Positions 1-12,147 of a DNA stretch of 64,000 nucleotides are shown here, piece after piece. The stretch's first letter is position 1. Each line of letters opens with the position of its first letter. Location of the stretch: positions 82,584,001 to 82,648,000 of the forward strand of contig NC_042998.1 in assembly GCF_006345805.1 (NCBI RefSeq), given 5' to 3'. The notes under the pieces were generated by a model. It was not told the origin of the DNA. It ran no database searches and saw only the letters and a program-made list of their open reading frames with translations. The stretch is from Octopus sinensis. Its lineage: Eukaryota. Made by a program: the position numbers and the translations under genes.

Positions 1-57
1 ACTCACGACCTTACTATCGTGAGCCGAATGCCCTAACCACTAAGCACACGCCTTCAC
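1..57 (-). mobile_element. tRNA-derived SINE head, cut by the window edge
   Basis: Reverse complement reads GAAGGCGTGTGCTTAGTGGTTAGGGCATTCGGCTCACGATAGTAAGGTCGTGAGT: A-box-like TAGTGGTTAG with tRNA-like spacing toward a B box. Confidence 0.6.
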
Positions 58-334
58 ATACAGACATACATACACGCTGATACGAATATCTTTACGCATA
101 TCAAAGACAAAGATGATAAGTACAGACAGCAGCTTCGAAATCTTCAGCTTCTATTCCGAGATTGTTAATTTGCATTTATGCTAATAGTAATTAGTGCACT
201 TTATGTTGTTAGTAAATGCCCAAGTAATAATCTGGAAAAGCTAAGGTTAAAACAAAAATATTAAGAAAAACTGAAAAGAAATCTGTTAGCGAACACGCAC
301 ATTATAAACATAATCTTAGGCGATGGAGTAAAAA

Positions 335-811
<477 letters not shown>

Positions 812-1100
812 TATAAAAATATGCAAGATTTTCTAAAATTCAAAATATAATATAGTATTCTATTAGCTACATTCCAAATGGGAAGAGCATGAAATAACGT
901 GTGCTTGTATATATATATATATAAGTTATAGAGCGATAGTGTATAGATAAAGATAGATACGGTCAGTCTATAGGATGACACACGGTTGCACATCCACATA
1001 GCGCTTGGCTAAGCATTTTATGGAGTGAAACCCAGGGTTATCCCATAGACCAGTCATATCTGTCTTTTTCCGTCTGTCTTTCTCTCTCCCCCTCTCTCTC

Positions 1101-1197
<97 letters not shown>

Positions 1198-1230
1198 CTT
1201 TATTTAAAGCAGCAGAAAATTCAACAAAAT

Positions 1231-1268
1231 CTGTTGCTCTGAGTTTCTCGTTGCCGTTCATCAGACAG
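1231..1268 (-). ncRNA. Minimal type I hammerhead motif, degenerate (GCA at the cleavage triplet)
   Basis: rc CTGT-CTGATGA-ACGGCAACGA-GAAA-CTCAGAG-CA-ACAG. Stem I CUGU/ACAG, intact core. Confidence 0.5.
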
Positions 1269-1285
1269 TTTTTGTTAGAAAAAAA

Positions 1286-1323
1286 CTGTCTGATGAACGG
1301 CAACTAGAAACTCAGAGTAACAG
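1286..1323 (+). ncRNA. Minimal type I hammerhead motif (GUA site, stem II damaged)
   Basis: CTGT-CTGATGA-ACGGCAACTA-GAAA-CTC-A-GAG-TA-ACAG. Stem I 4 bp, near-palindromic stem III ACUC/GAGU. Confidence 0.6.
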
Positions 1324-1431
1324 ATTTGTTGAATTTTCTGCTGCTTTAAATAAAGCATATTACTCTACCACTGGTATTTGAGTACTCTTTTTTTCCACCT
1401 TGTTTCACATTTATGTGTTTACTCCGGTATA

Positions 1432-1467
<36 letters not shown>

Positions 1468-1485
1468 GATGCAACTCTCACACAC

Positions 1486-1533
<48 letters not shown>

Positions 1534-1723
1534 ATATATATATATATGGAAGAAGTAAGAATGTAACTGAAAGCCTGAGAGTTTTGAACGTTGACACTTA
1601 TAAGTGCCAACGCACGAAATTCTCAGACATTGAGTCAATGCCGTTTCTAGGAAATATAATAAAAATATGCATGTACCCATATTTTGAGTTCTGTTTTTCC
1701 TGTTTGCACCAACATACCTATAT

Positions 1724-1770
<47 letters not shown>

Positions 1771-1773
<3 letters not shown>

Positions 1774-2203
1774 TGATTGATTGATTGATTGATTCTAGTT
1801 TCAGCTTATGAGCTGTGGCCATGCTGGGGCACCGCCATTTGGTGTTGCTACTTGGTTTCACTTCATGGAGGCTTTCTAGCAACTGCTATTTGGTGCATGA
1901 GAGAGTTCGATGCAGCTGCCCTCATCTGCCCCTCCTGCCGTGAAGTTGGTTCATCTGGGACACCTGACAGGAAGAGATCCAGCTTCATTTTAAAGACATC
2001 TGTATCCACCCCATGCAGGTCTCTCAGTTCTTCGGGAGGATATGAAGAGCTGTGGGCCTCGGAAGCCCAGGCTATCACAGAATCTTGTCCTACATCTTGA
2101 TGGCAGTTTGGAGTCCTAGGCACCACGCAGTGGCGCCCAGTTCTGGCATTTGCGTAACTCTCGATGCCAAAGTTCAGGACACTTCCTCCAGGATCTTCCA
2201 GAT
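1771..2203 (-). mobile_element. 3' end of a non-LTR retrotransposon (CR1/L2-group-like C-terminus) with (AATC)n tail
   Basis: Minus frame ..LRDLHGVDTDVFKMKLDLFLSGVPDEP..RAAASNSLMHQ resembles the C-terminus of invertebrate CR1-like ORF2. A short 3' UTR follows, then the tetranucleotide tail. Clade assignment is from recall. Confidence 0.6.
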
Positions 2204-2470
2204 GTATATATATATTATATATATATATTTATATTTATTTTATATTATATATATATATTATATATATATATTATTATATATATATATATATATATATATG
2301 GAAGAAGTAAGAATGTAACTGAAAGCCTGAGAGTTTTGAACGTTGACACTTATAAGTGCCAACGCACGAAATTCTCAGACATTGAGTCAATGCCGTTTCT
2401 AGGAAATATTAATAAAAATATGCATGTACCCATATTTTGAGTTCTGTTTTCCTGTTTGCACCAACATACC

Positions 2471-2504
<34 letters not shown>

Positions 2505-2518
2505 AATATATATATATA

Positions 2519-2953
2519 TGATTGATTGATTGATTGATTGATTCTAGTTTCAGCTTATGAGCTGTGGCCATGCTGGGGCACCGCCATTTGGTGTGCTACT
2601 TGGTTTCACTTCATGGAGGCTTTCTAGCAACTGCTATTTGGTGCATGAGAGAGTTCGATGCAGCTGCCCTCATCTGCCCCTCCTGCCGTGAAGTTGGTTC
2701 ATCTGGGACACCTGACAGGAAGAGATCCAGCTTCATTTTAAAGACTCTGTATCCACCCCATGCAGGTCTCTCAGGTTCTTCGGGAGGATATTGAAGAGCT
2801 GTGGGCCTCGGAAGCCCAGGCTATCACAGAATCTTGTCCTACATCTTGATGGCAGGTTTGGAGTCCTAGGCACCACGCAGTGGCGCCCAGTTCTGGCATT
2901 TGCGTAACTCTCGATGCCAAAGTTCAGGACACTTCCTCCAGGATCTTCCAGAT
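2519..2953 (-). mobile_element. Duplicated copy of the 1771-2203 LINE 3' end
   Basis: Same sequence with a few single-base indels. Confidence 0.6.
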
Positions 2954-3094
2954 GTATATATATAATATATATATATATTTATATTTATATTTATATTTAT
3001 ATATATATATTATATATATATTATATATATATTTATACATATACATACATGTAAACATATATACATATGTATAGAGATATAGATGTATTCTTTT

Positions 3095-3319
3095 ATTACT
3101 CTTTTATTTTTTCAGTCATTTGAGTGCGGCCATGGTGGAGCACTGCCTTTGGTCGAACAACTCGACCAGGGACTTATTCTTTGTAAGCATATATTCTATC
3201 AGTCTCTTTTTGCCGAACCGCTATGTTACGGAGACGCAAACACACCAACATCGCTTGCCAAGCGATGAAGCGGGACAAACTCAGACACACAAACATATAC
3301 ATATACATCCATACATACA

Positions 3320-3394
<75 letters not shown>

Positions 3395-3620
3395 CTAAGT
3401 AATTAAGGGTTTAGCAACGATTTGCCTCACGACACACCGAATTTAGAAATACCAGTCATATATATACGACGGGCTTCTTTCAATTTCCATCTACCAAATC
3501 CACTCAGAAGGCTTTGGTCGACTCAAGACTATAGTAGAAGACACTTGCCCAAGGTTCCACGCAGTGGGACTGTTCTCGGAACCATGTGGTTGGTAAGCAA
3601 ACTACTTTCCACACAGCCGA
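3095..3620 (-). mobile_element. Composite tRNA/CORE-like SINE with an internal (CA)n(TA)n tract
   Basis: 3' module at 3095-3290. Head module GACGGGCTTCTTTCAATTTCC..CACTTGCCCAAGG..CCACACAGCC at 3468-3620 (rc contains CORE-like CCTTGGGCAAGTG). Confidence 0.8.
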
Positions 3621-6119
3621 TCCTATACTCCTATATATATATAAATATATACATATGTGTGTGTGTGTGTGTGTGTGTGTGTAGAAAGAGAAAGAGAGAG
3701 AGAGAGAGAGATGCCTGCATGCATATGAATTCATAAATATACTTATATATATCTCGTAAAGTAGACAGATAGAATGCTGGTAGACATAATTTTATATACA
3801 CTCACGCATGTAGATGCACATACTTCTATGCAAGGCATGGACACAACCTAGTCAACTTACTACCATTAGCATGATCGAATTTATATTTTATGTTTGTCCT
3901 TTGACTATTTCATAAATACTTGATAAAAGTAAAGTTGGTTAAACATAACTTTCCCTGGCCCTAGAGGCACTGTGAGTAGTGTAATAGTGTAATTTATCAA
4001 TTTGGTTATCAGTCAAGTCTAACTAGGTAAACAACCATGTTTTATGCAGTTCTTACAAAGAAAAACAAAATAGAAGAGAATGTATATTAAGCTAACTTGA
4101 CGTGAATACCAAATTAGATTTCTTTTTAATGTTGAACAGCCATTAATTTCCAAATGGAAAAAAAATCTTAACGCTGAAATGAAATTGAATTTGTAGATTC
4201 CTCATCAGACCATACAATGGCACAGGCTGCAATTTATATTAACATGGTATATTTGATACACTTCGTGGTGCGCATGATTCTTTCTGTTGGAGATCAAAAT
4301 TTCAGTTCTTCATTGATATCTATGAGTCAACGCTCACCGTTGAGTTGCATTTTCATATTGTCCTCTAAAACAATGCATTTACCTTCGAAATAGTTTAATT
4401 TACACCGCCCCCTACAAATATCTATTAGATATTCACATCACTGTCACCTCCTTATTTCCACTGTCTCACCGTTATCATAATCTTAAAAATGCATCGTTCT
4501 GACCATACCTTCTTATTTGTTTCTTCTCAAAGGGAAAACGACAATCATTTCAAATAGTGAATTAACGGTACTTAGTTCATCGAATTATTTCTATATTCAA
4601 GTCTCGCTAACCCTAAAATTATGTTAGATTTATTTCCTGCTTTACAAATATAGCAATATATTCAAATAGTTATTTAATAATTGTTATAGTCCAAGTTTCC
4701 ATCCACCCAAACACATTTTTTTTTCAATAAGCAAAAAGCAAAAACAAACTTTAAAAAAATGCTGAGTAAATTCATCTCATGCTCTGTATTCATGTTGAAC
4801 CGTTTATTCAACAACACATTCGGAAATTTGTATTCTAATATGAAATGTGCAGGGAATACCAAATCCACTCGCGACTAACAATGATTTAATGATAATTTTT
4901 TGCAAAGAACCAAATACCTGTGTGTGCCAGAGTAAATTGATTCAAGCATGCCAACAGCTTTGCTGCATGGTAAGTGTTGAAATCGTTTTGTTAAAAATTC
5001 TAGGAACGTAAGATTTATTTTCGTAAGTTAACCACAAAATTCCATCCAGAGTGCTGCAGAATACGAATACGTATACTATTAAAGAATGGAGAATTCTTGT
5101 CGAGAATATATGAAGTAATTATGTTATAGATTCTGAGACTCACTGAACCAAAATAATGACGTGAATTAGCTATAGAATCGCTTTCGCTATCAACTGTAAC
5201 ATCTTAATGCAAGTCATTTCAGAATAGAAAAAAAAAATTAACTGGAAAAGACCTGACGGTTGAGGGTTAAAATACGAAGCTAAAATTCTACAAAATGTTT
5301 CTAATAAATCTACTTCAGATAACAATGGATGCTGACATATTTCATCGGCGTGATTGCGTTGCAGTTGCATTTTCCACTCAAACCATAAAATGAAATAATA
5401 TATATGACATGGAAATCACTCCAAAGTATTAAAACACATTTAAGGCTCGCTGGTTAGCTCTGGTTCTCTGGCATTAATCAGGTGAAAGATAAATCTCCAT
5501 TTTAATAGGACATCTGTGTATAACAGGTAACATTCTCAGATGATTTACTTATCTATCGAAAACACCTAGGTGAATTAAGGCATGTGAAATTAAATATAAT
5601 GGTTCAAATCACAAGTAAAGATGTAGAATGTATTAAAGCTGTAAACATAAAGTGTTTTACTTCGCCATTTATTCTACTTCTTGGCATAAAAATAAAACAC
5701 AAATTTATCTTTTCCCTTTCATTTCTCAGGCGCTCGTGTCTGTGTGTCCTTGAAAGATTTAGTTGATAAAAAGAACTCAGTACTTATCACGTCAGGTACT
5801 TGTTCTGTCGATCCGCTAAATTACCGGGGCTGTAATAAAACCACACTTTCAAACAGTGAAGGGACAAGCATAAAGACACACATTGACATACACACATACG
5901 TGAATACGACTTGTTTCCATACAGTTTCGGTCTACCAAACTTACTCACAAAACATTGGCCGGCCTAAGGCCATAGTAGAAGACACTTGTCCACGATGCCA
6001 CTTTTTGGGATCAAACCACAGTCATTCCCGTGTAGATATGATGAATAAATATTACTTTTTTTCAGCTCCTTCTCGAGTCGTGTTGACTCATAATTTTCTG
6101 TAATCCTGCGACTGACCGG

Positions 6120-6275
6120 TCACTCGAGGGTTACTGGTTTTTGCCAGTTAGACGGACAGGAGTAACGTCAAATGAAGTGTTTTGCTCATGAAAACAACGC
6201 ATTGCCCGGTCCAGGAATCGAAACAAGAATCTTATGATTACGCGCCCAACACCTTGACCACTAAGCCATGCGCCA
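6120..6275 (-). mobile_element. tRNA-derived SINE (second head type), decayed
   Basis: rc GGCGCATGGCTTAGTGGTCAAGGTGTTGG..GTTTCGATTCCTGGACCGGGC..GAGCAAAACACTTCA, with A and B boxes. Confidence 0.6.
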
Positions 6276-6734
6276 TTGCAGTAAATAAACTAAAATTATG
6301 TAAAAAGTATATCAACGTGTAGCGCAAAACAAGTATTTTGAATAAAAAATCATCAACTATAGAACAGAATGAAACTCTAGTGTTGTGTATTTGTTTATAT
6401 AGTAGTGGTGTATAATGCTACTACTTACAAAGCAAAATTTCGTCAAAAGATTATATCATAAAAGGCCCATTTGTAGATAAAAATTGAAAACGCTACGATA
6501 TCGTTCGATAAATATTACGAACGTATTTTTTTTTCCCGTAAACCATTATTATTTTCGGTGTTTTTCACCATTATTTCTCACCATCCTTATTTCATCACCA
6601 TCAGCGGCAGCAGAACATATACGCCTACACGCACTTACGAATACATAAAGACTATTCACACAAAGACAATACACACACACACACACACACACACTCACAC
6701 ACAAACAAACAAGCATACATTATATATACATGTA

Positions 6735-6765
<31 letters not shown>

Positions 6766-6768
<3 letters not shown>

Positions 6769-7050
6769 GATAAAAGTGGCTAAATGCAATATAAAACAAA
6801 AAAGTAAAAATTCAATTGTCACTAATGGTAGCACCTACATTGCTAGAAATAGGAGTCAAAGTCTCTTATAGCCACAAATATAGTACAAGCCTATGTACTT
6901 ATAGGGGAGTTAACAGCTGTGGAGCGGTTAATTCCCCTATCAGTACACAGACGTGTGCTATATTTGTGGCTATAAGGGTTTTGACGCCTATTTCTAGCAA
7001 CGTAGGTGAAACTATGCACCTAACTTCAGTTACTATTAGTGATAATTGAA
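6766..7050. mobile_element. Asymmetric foldback element in (TA)n (IR 6811-7050)
   Basis: TTCAATTGTCACTAAT..TTGCTAGAAATAGG..ATAGCCACAAATATAG..TAGGGGAGTTAAC is mirrored by GTTAATTCCCCTA..CTATATTTGTGGCTAT..CCTATTTCTAGCAA..ATTAGTGATAATTGAA. Confidence 0.8.
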
Positions 7051-7103
7051 TATATACATACTTACACACATATATATGTATGTATTTATATATATATGTA
7101 TAT

Positions 7104-7158
<55 letters not shown>

Positions 7159-7172
7159 GTATTATATATATG

Positions 7173-7204
<32 letters not shown>

Positions 7205-7385
7205 TAATATATATATATATATATGAACATACATAGTTATGTATATATAGCATACATGAATACACATATGTAGGCAGGTAGTTAGCTAGCTAGCTAGATA
7301 GATAGATATATAGATAGACAGACAGACAGACAGACAGATAGATAGGTAGATAGATAGATAGACAGACATACAGACAGACAGACAT

Positions 7386-7422
<37 letters not shown>

Positions 7423-7457
7423 AAGACAGACAGACAGACAGACAGATAGATAGATAA

Positions 7458-7543
<86 letters not shown>

Positions 7544-8969
7544 GCATACATACATACATACAGACAGACAGAAACGAACCTATTGATTTAATCTTGGATT
7601 TATAGACACCGATGTCATTTAGTACATTATCCAAAAGTACCAATGATTATGAGGTCTTAACCATGACAGCTGTGCGTTTAATCTTTGTTTTTCTTTGTTC
7701 ATTTGAATTCAAGTAGTTATTACTTATTACTTTTGAACTAAGTAACTGTCTTTTAGTCTATCAAGAAACATTCTTCCAATGATTTGGAAGTAGATTATAG
7801 ACTAAATAATTAGATTTTGTTAACGATTTTGTTAGCGCCTTTACTGGAAATTGATAATTTGACAACGCAGTTACGATTGCCGGTTTGTGAATGCAGTACT
7901 ATCGTCATAGAATCTATGGTTAAAATATCAGACCTCGAGTATTCTTGGTGTAAGATCGTTCGGTATTTGTGGACTAATCGGGTTTTTGGTATTGGCAGTT
8001 ACTTCAAAATTCTATGAAGAAAAAATTGGCTTTAATTTTTTTCTGATGTGAAGATTTATATTATTTCCAATGAAAGGGATACGCGTGTGACTAATTATCC
8101 CGGAGGGGCTTCTATAAATCTTGGCTGTCTCTTGCAAACGTTGATGTCGTGCTACTTCTTTTCCCTGTTTAGCGTGATATTATTTGTAAGACTTGCTTGA
8201 GTGAATTGCTGTTTATTACCTAGAACATTACATTCTCTAATATTGCTGTTGCTTATCATTGCAAGTTACTTCAGATTAAGCTGACCTTTGATCAAATGCA
8301 GAGATGTTTTCTCCATCCTATCTTATTTTGGGCAGTTGAGCGTTCACGTAGAGGTTCGATTGCCCTCCTGAATCTTTTTTGAGATCAGAATGCAAAGCAA
8401 AGTCGACCTTGAGGCCAAGTCTTGCAAAGACAAAGTCGACCTCAAAGGCAAAGACGAACTCAAAACGTAAAGACAACCAAAATGCCGTTAAGCATTCTGC
8501 CAGCTAACCACTTTTAATTGCTGATTACTATAGATTAACTATTAATTCTTGCAGCTTTGTATTTCTATTTTTCTTCACTATATCAACCAACCATAACATA
8601 ATGAATATTAATCTCTTTTATGGTCCGAGTCTCATCATGGAAGCAATGTCTACGAAAGTTTTAAGTGCGTTGGTACCTTATTAGTCTTTACGCGAGGGAC
8701 ATCCCACCCAATGCCTTTCTTTGGTTTAATATCCTTTATACTGCCTTCTCATCATTCAAAAGTGCCAACTCATTTTTACCAGAGTTCCTCCTGCATTCCC
8801 GAGGAGTAAGCTAGGTTTTACATTTTCCAAGTCTAAGATTTAACTCATGCACTTTTATATATCAATTACACTCCCCCACACATATACATATAGATATATA
8901 CACGCATGCATACATATATACATACATACATACATACATACATACATACATACATACATACATACATAC

Positions 8970-9230
8970 AGGTTTATACCTGTAATTATTGGGGGTCTGG
9001 GATATATAACACACTGCCTAAATACCAATTATGAGAAATTAGGTTTCTCAAAACCAGAAAGGAGAAAGCTAATTCGAAGACTACAGATCCAATCCATCGC
9101 TGGAACTGTAAAAATCTGTAAAACTTTCCAGAAGTTTATCATTTAAATATATATATGAGCATGTCTAGTTATGTAACTATATGCATTAGAATACGTACAT
9201 GAAGCATAAACATCTGCACATATGTACATA
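8970..9230 (+). mobile_element. 3' end of an R4-like RLE non-LTR element, directly after (CATA)n
   Basis: RFIPVIIGGLGYITHCLNTNYEKLGFSKPERRKLIRRLQIQSIAGTVKICKTFQKFII-stop is homologous to the end of the 37885-39540 element. Confidence 0.7.
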
Positions 9231-9329
9231 CAAAGTCATTTTGCAATTTAAAAAAGTTATTTACTAAAACAGATAAGTAGATAAATCTGTAAAAATTATT
9301 ACAAAATGAGAAGATATTGAAGTCTGTTT

Positions 9330-10360
9330 TTCCTCATTTAATAGATCGCTATATGGGTACTATTAGTTGCACGAAGCACATCAAAACGATAATCAGTTTC
9401 TTGCCATGTTCGCTGTAGCATAGTTTTATCAATGGTGGCAATGGCATGAGTGATCCTTTGACTCAGGTCGTTCGATGTTCTGTGTCTTAGTTCGATACAT
9501 AATGTGTTTAACATAACCCCCATAGAAAAATGTCCAGGGGAGTGATATCCGGGCAACGAGGTGACCAGGGAACTGGTTCATTCCTTCCACTCCACCGGTC
9601 TGGAAACGTTTGATTGAGGAAGTCGCCAACACGCAGTCCCCAATGTGGTGGTGCACAATCGGAAAACCATGGCTGGTTAAAGGTCATCCACTTGTGACAC
9701 CGCATATTCAGTCAAAAGTTCAAGGTGAACATTTGCAGAATTTGATCTCTATGTGAAGAAAAATGGACCAATGATTCGATTGCACATCATCCCACACCAG
9801 ACATTCCAATTTGGACTATCCCGATGAGGTTCTCTAGTCACATGGATTATTCTGATCCCCAAATCCCACATTACATGTATTCAGTTTTCCTGAAACATGC
9901 AAGTTGCCTCATCACCTAAACAAACTCGGCTGAAGAACACTGCATCCTCAGAAATTTGTTCCAGTATGTTGACTACAAAGTCTTTCCGTTTTGGTTTATC
10001 ATTTGGTTCGAATGCCTGTAAGTGTTACACTTTGTAAGCGTGCAGTTGCAAGTTCTTGTGTAGGACTTTATGCACTGTTGAACATGGTAGTTGTAACTGT
10101 CTGGCAGCAGTAAGTATGAATTTATAGAACTAGTAAAGGCTAGTTCTTCACGATCGATGTTTTTCTCATACAATTTTGGTCGTCCACCCCTCCCTTTACC
10201 CAACACTTTTCCTGTTTCTATAAATTTCTTGTGCTATGAACGAATTGACGGACTTGATGGTGGACGTCTTTCATACTTAATCCTGTAGTTTCGTTAATTC
10301 TGCGTGTCCGATTTTCTATCAATAGCCACGAAGACATTGTGCCTTTACTTGATGAATAGC
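9330..10360 (-). pseudogene. Decayed Tc1/mariner-superfamily transposase (maT/rosa-like motifs)
   Basis: Minus-strand fragments: RNYRIKYERRPPS..KKFIETG, GRGGRP, STVHKVLHKNLQLHAYK, LGDEAT (first D), NVWCGM, DCAPPHW (second D), WSPRCPDITPLDIFLWGYVK (third D). Several stops and frameshifts. TIRs not recognised. Confidence 0.8.
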
Positions 10361-10572
10361 CACTTTCTTAGGGTTTCAATTAACTAAACCCCTTTTCCAT
10401 CAACAAGGTACCTGAAAAACACAAATGCAATGTGCTTAAAAACTTTGATGAACACTGAGTACATAGAACAAATCTCATAAACATATTCCATCAATTGCCA
10501 TTGTAATAAATTTGGGAAATTGTAAAGAGACTTTCTGGACACACTATGTGTGTGTGTATGTGTGTGTGTGTG

Positions 10573-10666
10573 AATAAGTAACGAAGATGTACAGGTGTCA
10601 ATTCATTACGACCGTTTCAAGCGACTCCTTTAATGAATTAACACCTGTGCATCTTTGTTACTCATT
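10573..10666. repeat. Small imperfect inverted repeat (36-bp arms, 22-nt loop)
   Basis: AATAAGTAACGAAGATGTACAGGTGTCAATTCATTA versus TAATGAATTAACACCTGTGCATCTTTGTTACTCATT. Confidence 0.7.
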
Positions 10667-10999
10667 TATATTTTATTCCCCTATGGAAGGAGAAATAATT
10701 GTGTTGATATTTATACCACTATATATATATATATATATATAAGTTTAACAATTAAGGATAATCTCTTAATAAGGGATCTTAACAAGAAATTATCGGGTAG
10801 CTAGCGTGAAAACCTCATAAAAGAAAAGAATTCGAAAATAATTTTTTCTTTTGAACAAATTAATTATATCTATATTGTATAGAGGGCATTATTACACATA
10901 AATGCCTCACACTAGGAGGGACAAAGTCATTACTACCAAAATATACTAATCATACCCAAATGCAGTTTTTCAAAGCAAGACATTTAAAAAAATGAATTT

Positions 11000-11057
11000 A
11001 GTTCTGTATCACCGTGATTTCACATTCAACTTACGTCTAATGATCGTCAGCAGAACT
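11000..11057 (-). ncRNA. Type I hammerhead ribozyme motif, core intact
   Basis: rc AGTTCTG-CTGACGA-T-CATTAGAC-GTAA-GTTGAATG-T-GAAA-TCAC-G-GTGA-TA-CAGAACT. 7-bp stem I, GNRA-capped stem II, AUA site. Confidence 0.75.
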
Positions 11058-11720
11058 GATTCTGAACACATCATAAATAAACTACCAATCTTACGTAGCG
11101 AAGACGAACAGACAACTGCTCACTCCGGCCAAGCACATGGAATGTTTATAAATCATATATCCGGTAAATGGCGGGCTTTTTACGAACTGCATGTCGGGTA
11201 ATGAAAAGTATTTCGGAATAAGTTTAACAATAAGGATAATCTCTTAATAAGGGATCTTAACAAGAAATTATCGGGTAGCTAGCGTGAAAACCTCATAAAA
11301 GAAAAGAATTCGAAAAATTTTTTCTTTTGAACAAATTGATTATATCTATATTGTATAGAGGGCATTATTACACATAAATGCCTCACACTAGGAGGGACAA
11401 AGTCATTACTACCAAAATTATACTAATATAGATATAATTAATTTGTTCAAAAGAAAAATTATTTTCGAATTCTTTTCTTTTATGAGGTTTTCACGCTAGC
11501 TACCCGATAATTTCTTGTTAAGATCCCTTATTAAGAGATTATCCTTAATTGTTAAACTTATTCCGAATACTTTTCATTACCCGACATGCAGTTCGTAAAA
11601 AGCCCGCCATTTACCGGATATATGATTTATAAACATTCCATGTGCTTGGCCGGAGTGAGCAGTTGTCTGTTCGTCTTCGCTACGTAAGATTGGTAGTTTA
11701 TTTATGATGTGTTCAGAATC

Positions 11721-11777
11721 AGTTCTGCTGACGTCATTAGACGTAAGTTGAATGTGAAATCACGGTGATACAGAACT
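11721..11777 (+). ncRNA. Hammerhead motif in the inverted copy (A9 deleted)
   Basis: AGTTCTG-CTGACG-TCATTAGACGTAAGTTGAATGT-GAAA-TCACGGTGA-TA-CAGAACT. Confidence 0.6.
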
Positions 11778-12147
11778 AAATTCATTTTTTAAATGTCTTG
11801 CTTTGAAAAACTGCATTTGGGTATGATTAGTATAATTTTGGTAGTAATGACTTTGTCCCTCCTAGTGTGAGGCATTTATGTGTAATAATGCCCTCTATAC
11901 AATACTATATATATATATATATATAACATATATATATATATATAACATATATATATATATATATAAAATATTTTAAAAAACACCTTTTATCAATTCAAAA
12001 TGAATAATTAAATTACACCATCTAAAAAATTACATATAATAGAAAAGTTAAAATTAAAATAAAAATAAAAAGTAAAGATTAAGTAAATTACAAAAATAAT
12101 AAAATGTACATAATAGGTAGTAAAACGACTCAATAATGGATGTGAAG

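Larger units (their letters stand above)
1198..1428. mobile_element. Asymmetric foldback element in (TA)n (IR 1198-1355 plus ~70-bp one-sided tail), probably PLE-derived
   Basis: Arms CTTTATTTAAAGCAGCAGAAAATTCAACAA..CATCAGACAG and CTGTCTGATG..GCTGCTTTAAATAAAG are near-perfect reverse complements. (TA)n on both sides. Confidence 0.85.
1548..2955. repeat. Near-identical tandem duplication, ~752-bp period, two copies
   Basis: GGAAGAAGTAAGAATG starts at 1548 and 2300. Both units carry the same palindrome, (GATT)n tract and LINE fragment. Confidence 0.9.
10741..11904. mobile_element. 479-bp HHR-containing unit: 1.43 direct copies followed by one inverted, circularly permuted monomer
   Basis: AAGTTTAACAAT starts at 10741 and 11220. 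11428-11904 is the reverse complement of the unit, starting and ending at the same ATCTATATTG site. (TA)n flanks. Confidence 0.9.

Noticed and set aside
1572-1630. Palindrome CTGAGAG..GTTGACACTTA|TAAGTGCCAAC..GAAATTCTCAG, considered as a hammerhead
   Set aside because: A GAAA is present, but no N3-UGAN-N8-A core with a valid 3-8 pair and matching stems I and III could be folded on either strand.
4908-4975. Possible small exon (..GCTGCATG|GTAAGT donor, open frame PNTCVCQSKLIQACQQLCCM)
   Set aside because: Weak acceptor, no recognisable homology and no partner exons. It would need RNA-seq or BLASTX.
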